Assembly: GCA_965644315.1 (NCBI GenBank)
Contig: CBFFRQ010000181.1
Location: 1 to 12,204, forward strand
DNA: 12,204 nt
Direction: 5' to 3'
Source of the DNA: Caecitellus pseudoparvulus
Taxonomy: Eukaryota > Protista > Bigyra: Bicosoecida
Made by a program: the position numbers and the translations under genes. Of the stretch, positions 8,516 to 12,204 are shown one piece after another. The notes under the pieces were generated by a model. The model was not told where the DNA came from. It made no database searches and saw nothing but the letters and a program-made list of their open reading frames with translations. Positions within the stretch are counted from its first letter, which is position 1, and each line of letters opens with the position of its first letter.

Positions 8516-8824
8516 TGCCTCGAAAATGCCACAACACCCGAATAATTGTACCAATGCTTGATTTCCAGAGTCCTAATCGCCGCTCTTGCAGTGCTGACTC
8601 TCTCAGGGTTGATTTCCTGTCTCGACAGCGTGCGACCCCTTTCTCACTAACGCCTGGGGCAAAAAATCAAGGTTCGGCTCGTTGATCTCGCCAAAATGGC
8701 TAAAACAGTTCCTCAGGCATGGTACATTCTCTTTTTCCCGACAGTCAACTAGCGCAAACATAGAAAGATTCTAAGTCGATGTGTTGATCTCACAGGATTG
8801 ACACAAGCCGTTGGTATCTCGCCT

Positions 8825-8853
8825 TGATCCACCAATCCGTGACGCACCCATGG
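8825..8853 (-). repeat. Right inverted repeat of inner element including target duplication
   Basis: TGATCCACCAATCCGTGACGCACCCATGG, the reverse complement of 4304-4332. Confidence 0.95.
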
Positions 8854-9156
8854 GCAAGCGATTGTATCTTCGCTTGAGGAAACCACCTGCCGCAGATCTC
8901 CCTGAATTCAAACCCCACAGCGATTGGAAAGCATAGTTTCGGCTTTAATAAATTGCATGCATGTCTCAAATGCCCCGGACTTTTCAGGAGTGTGCCAAAA
9001 CGTCAGGTGAACAGTCAAGCTCAATCCGACAAGAGATCGAGAAAAACAAACCGTACATAGTTATTCATTTCTACTCTTTACTGTTCAGCAACATCCCCAT
9101 GCAGCGTGCGAGGCCATTTTCGAGTTGAACGCAGAATCGACCATCACAGCCAATCC

Positions 9157-9183
9157 GGTGAAATCAACTCATGTTTGGTGCTC
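9157..9183 (-). repeat. Right TIR of outer element
   Basis: GGTGAAATCAACTCATGTTTGGTGCTC, the reverse complement of 3-29; followed by GCATGC. Confidence 0.95.
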
Positions 9184-9261
9184 GCATGCTGAACTTGCTC
9201 GGGTGCACAGGCTGCAGCATCAGGCGAAGGGCCAAATCGTGCTGAAGTTCCCAGTGCGAGC

Positions 9262-11142
9262 ATGGACAGCGCACAGGCTGACTTGATGTTGGCTTGCCTG
9301 CGCAAGTTGAATTGTTCACCAGGGGTTGCGATGGCGCATGTGCCAGCACTGCGAGGACTGGCGGCCATCGGGCGTGGAGAGCCTTGTGAAGCCGAACCTG
9401 CCCCGTTCTCTACCACCCCAGTGGAACTGGAGGGCTTGCTGCACGTGGCGGGGAGTGCGCTGTTGGAGCAAGCTGGGCTGTTGGCGGGGCAGCGTGAGCG
9501 AGGTGATGTGTGTGCTGCGCTGCAGTACCTGTCGTTCCGGTGCTTCGCCGCGGTGGATGTGCTGCACCAGGCGGCGTCTGGTGTGGAAAAAGAAAGACTA
9601 CCAGAGGGTGACGCACTGTGGGGCGCTATTGTGGGTGCTTGGGGCAGTGTGCGGGCCGGTGTGAATGTGGAGGGAGCGCTGGCTGATCTTACGCGGTGGT
9701 GGCAGGGCTTCACGATAACGGATGTGGCTGTGGCTGGAAAGGGTGGCCCCATCATCCACGATGCCGACGGCAAGGTAGCGATGGATGCGGCTCTGGCTGG
9801 CATGCGTCAGCAAGCTGAGTGGCTGCGAGGCGATGCGGCTGGCGAGCTGGCGAGTGAGAGTGCCGCGGAGCAACTGGAGCGTGCGGCGAGAGCGGTGGAG
9901 GAGATGCGTGGACTGTTGGGGTGCGCTCTGCTCATCAGTGGTCGCAAGGTTACAGCCGCACCTGGCCTGGATCTGCTTAGTAGTTTAGAGTGTTTTAACA
10001 ACGAGGACTCGAGTATGTTCACGGGAAAGAGCCGCATCGACGATGAAGAAATTGGTGGAGCTGGGGATGTGGAGCAGTGGGCAGCAAGCGTGGAGGCGGA
10101 TGCGACTGCGCTCGCCACGAGTGTTGGCGCTGTGAAGCGTGGCGAAGCGGTTCGCATCGCCAGGGGACTGCCGCGCATGGCACAGACTCCACGCAAAGCA
10201 GCACTGGCACACGGCTTCATGGGAGGCAGGCCAAGTGAGCCACTTGGCGAGACAAGCACGGTGATGGTGCAGGTCCAGTGTGAACAAGGGTGGCCGCTGA
10301 ATGCCTTTTTGTGTGACATGGCGTGGGATGATGTTGAGCTGGAAGTGAAAGAACAAGTCTGCGTGAAGGTGCTAGGCGCGTGTGCTGCAGCGGAGGCTTG
10401 TGGGGTGAGTCTGGATGGTGTGGGTGTGGGAAGCTTCGTTGTGGTGGGTTTGGGGAGTGGCAGTGTGGGTGATCTGGTGGTCGCACTGGATGGGGGTGGA
10501 TGTGAGGTGGTGTTGAGTGCGTGTGGCAGTGTATGGGGAACGAGCGACGATGAAGCAAGCGAGTCTGACAGCGAACACGCCAGAGTCGGTGAAGACGTGG
10601 CCATCGCACTTGCTGAGGTCCTGGGATCAGACCGTGATGTGGATGGGAGTTCAGAATCAGCAAGGGGCTCCATTGCAAGTCACGGACATATCAGCGGCCA
10701 TGTTCTGTCAAACGCGTTGCAGGCGTTGAGCGAAGGTGGGCCCAAGTGCTGTGCGGTAGCATACTCGCTGGCATGTGCGTCGATGGGTGACAAGTCTAAG
10801 TGTCAAGAAAGAGATGGCAAAGCTGTGTCAGCATGCACACAGCTGCAGCTTGCGATTGGCAATGTGGCTGAGCGCCGAAACTTGACAGCGCAAGCATTCA
10901 CGAATGCCTGTCGTGATGGGGATGCTGAAACGTTCTGCATGTGCTTGGTCCTCACTGGCGATAGGGCAGTGGATGTTCATTCCTCAGACGGGAATGGAGC
11001 TGATGCCGCTTTTCGAGAGGCATGCAGGTATAATCGCACAAACATCGTACGTGAGCTACTTAACCTCACTGGAGAGAGGAGGATTCCAGACAGTGCGCGA
11101 CAAGAAGCAGCACGTTTCGCTGAATTGAAAGACCTCATCTGA
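9262..11142 (+). CDS. Host protein (626-aa ORF, possibly the last exon of a longer gene) with degenerate kinase-like segment and C-terminal ankyrin-like repeats
   Basis: Long Ala/Gly/Glu-rich ORF outside the TIR. Ankyrin-like units are AFTNACRDGDAETFCMCLVLTGDRAVDVH and AAFREACRYNRTNIVRELLNLTGERRI. The frame is open from 9193, with a candidate acceptor CAG at 9208-9210. Confidence 0.72.
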   Translation: MDSAQADLMLACLRKLNCSPGVAMAHVPALRGLAAIGRGEPCEAEPAPFSTTPVELEGLLHVAGSALLEQAGLLAGQRERGDVCAALQYLSFRCFAAVDVLHQAASGVEKERLPEGDALWGAIVGAWGSVRAGVNVEGALADLTRWWQGFTITDVAVAGKGGPIIHDADGKVAMDAALAGMRQQAEWLRGDAAGELASESAAEQLERAARAVEEMRGLLGCALLISGRKVTAAPGLDLLSSLECFNNEDSSMFTGKSRIDDEEIGGAGDVEQWAASVEADATALATSVGAVKRGEAVRIARGLPRMAQTPRKAALAHGFMGGRPSEPLGETSTVMVQVQCEQGWPLNAFLCDMAWDDVELEVKEQVCVKVLGACAAAEACGVSLDGVGVGSFVVVGLGSGSVGDLVVALDGGGCEVVLSACGSVWGTSDDEASESDSEHARVGEDVAIALAEVLGSDRDVDGSSESARGSIASHGHISGHVLSNALQALSEGGPKCCAVAYSLACASMGDKSKCQERDGKAVSACTQLQLAIGNVAERRNLTAQAFTNACRDGDAETFCMCLVLTGDRAVDVHSSDGNGADAAFREACRYNRTNIVRELLNLTGERRIPDSARQEAARFAELKDLI

Positions 11143-12204
11143 CATTTTCATCACATCTTTGACGATGCACACTCGACATCCACAACCCAAGCAGGATTGT
11201 GTGTTCATTCAGTGGAACGGTCTTGTTTTGTGCCGCTGATACCTCACGCACTAACCTGCAAAATGCAATACCTTGAAGCTACATTGATTTGTACCAACGG
11301 GATATCAGTCTGCACCTTTCCTCAGTTTTCCAAGTAGAGATGTACTAGTCACATTTTCATGTGCAGTTTAGAGAACTATAGATTCTTTCGAGGCAGCAAA
11401 TGCCTTGCTCTCAACACCAGATTGACGCTTGTACTTTGCCACCACGGTCATTTCACGCAGTCTCGGCTTGGCTAGAGAAAACTTTATATTGTTTTTTGTC
11501 GCTAAATATCTCAAACCAAACATCGTATCGCTGTCTCGTTGTGTTGCTAAACGTGTACCTTTCAGTGCAGGTACAAAACAAACAATGGTGCAAACCCTGA
11601 GACAATCTCTGCTGCTTGGAAGTTTCTGAGTTTGCATGATCTGAACGTTTTTAAAAGTGGATATCTGCAAAACGCACTGTTGACAAGAATCACTCTGAAG
11701 CATGATTTCAAGAAGGAACACATGTCGCTCAAGAAAGAGTGACACTATTGTATGCAGAACAGGACGAAAGCTGTGTAGGGTGATCAGTAAAGATAAACAA
11801 GATGGGCCACGTGGATTTGGTTAACCGAATTTCCTGTGAGATTGTTGCACTCAACTTCAAACACACAACGAAACGATTGCCAGCATTGGTTTGAAGTGAT
11901 TGAATTGACTTCTGTACGTTGAACTCTGATGCTCTGCAGTCGACAATCCAATCGGCATTGAGCTTCTGCAGATTACTGCAGTTGAAATCACTTTAGTGGA
12001 AAGGCACATGATTCTAACGAAGGAGTCTTGTAAGGGAACCTCTATTTATTGACTGTCAGTCAGTGGACAAGTTTACAGATGTTTGCAAATCGATTGCCAG
12101 ATGATTCTAGACTTTTACACATACCCGGAAAGAAATGCATTGCAGTGTTCGACAATGTTGTGAGACTCTACCTCCCGAAGCAATGCCAGATTCTCTGTAT
12201 TTTG

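Larger units (their letters stand above)
4308..8849 (-). mobile_element. Inner (nested) PHIS-like DNA transposon, ~4.54 kb; TIR - accessory gene> <transposase - TIR, inverted relative to the outer element
   Basis: It has its own perfect inverted repeats, with CCATGG at both junctions (4304-4309, 8848-8853). It encloses a complete transposase + accessory gene pair. Coordinates assume a 2-bp AT target site duplication (TSD); a CATG or CCATGG TSD would shift each end inward by 1-2 nt. Confidence 0.88.
3..9183 (+). mobile_element. Outer PIF/Harbinger-ISL2EU-like (PHIS) DNA transposon, ~4.6 kb without the nested insert; TIR - transposase> <accessory gene - TIR
   Basis: Perfect 27-bp inverted repeats at 3-29 and 9157-9183 enclose a DDE_Tnp_4-like ORF and a convergent second gene. 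Exact termini are uncertain by 1-2 nt because only 2 nt of left flank are visible. Confidence 0.88.

Noticed and set aside
485-8554. Bacterial IS5/ISL2 composite transposon
   Set aside because: Predicted spliceosomal introns, ~700-aa transposases with partner genes, NLS-like patches and the ankyrin-like host gene point to a eukaryote.
8850-8906. 18-codon ORF starting at the duplicated ATG on the + strand
   Set aside because: Too short; a by-product of the palindromic target site.
3-9183. A single four-gene element encoding a heteromeric two-transposase system from an ancient inverted duplication
   Set aside because: The second module has its own perfect inverted repeats and duplicated target, so nested insertion is simpler. 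Revisit if the composite proves multi-copy and solo units are absent.
11143-12204. Short ORFs (11368-11745, 11400-11600, 11429-11629) in the AT-richer tail
   Set aside because: No motifs or convincing coding character. I recognised no repeats, RNA genes or CRISPR-like arrays there, so it is treated as intergenic.

Overview
This is eukaryotic, probably protist, DNA. Positions ~1-9185 hold two related PIF/Harbinger-ISL2EU (PHIS; DDE_Tnp_4-like) DNA transposons of about 4.5-4.6 kb, one nested inside the other in opposite orientation. The outer element has perfect 27-bp terminal inverted repeats (TIRs) at 3-29 and 9157-9183. It encodes a transposase (506-2611, +) and a convergent, spliced accessory gene (4307-2660, -). 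The inner element (~4308-8849) is bounded by its own perfect 29-bp inverted repeat (4304-4332 / 8825-8853). It encodes a homologous accessory gene (+, ending 6366) and a homologous transposase (8515-6372, -, with one frameshift). The inner element inserted into a CCATGG site that contains the predicted start codon of the outer element's accessory gene. Both elements share unusual traits: DD68E/DD70E spacing, an HH motif, an extra C-terminal transposase domain, an accessory protein with a CxxPxC...HxxH..C motif and no recognisable Myb/SANT or YqaJ domain, related TIRs and a CATG-centred target. Together these suggest a distinct, possibly undescribed PHIS lineage. To the right lies a host ORF (9262-11142, +) with a degenerate kinase-like segment and C-terminal ankyrin-like repeats, then about 1 kb of apparently non-coding DNA. 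All protein family calls come from motif recognition by eye, not database searches.
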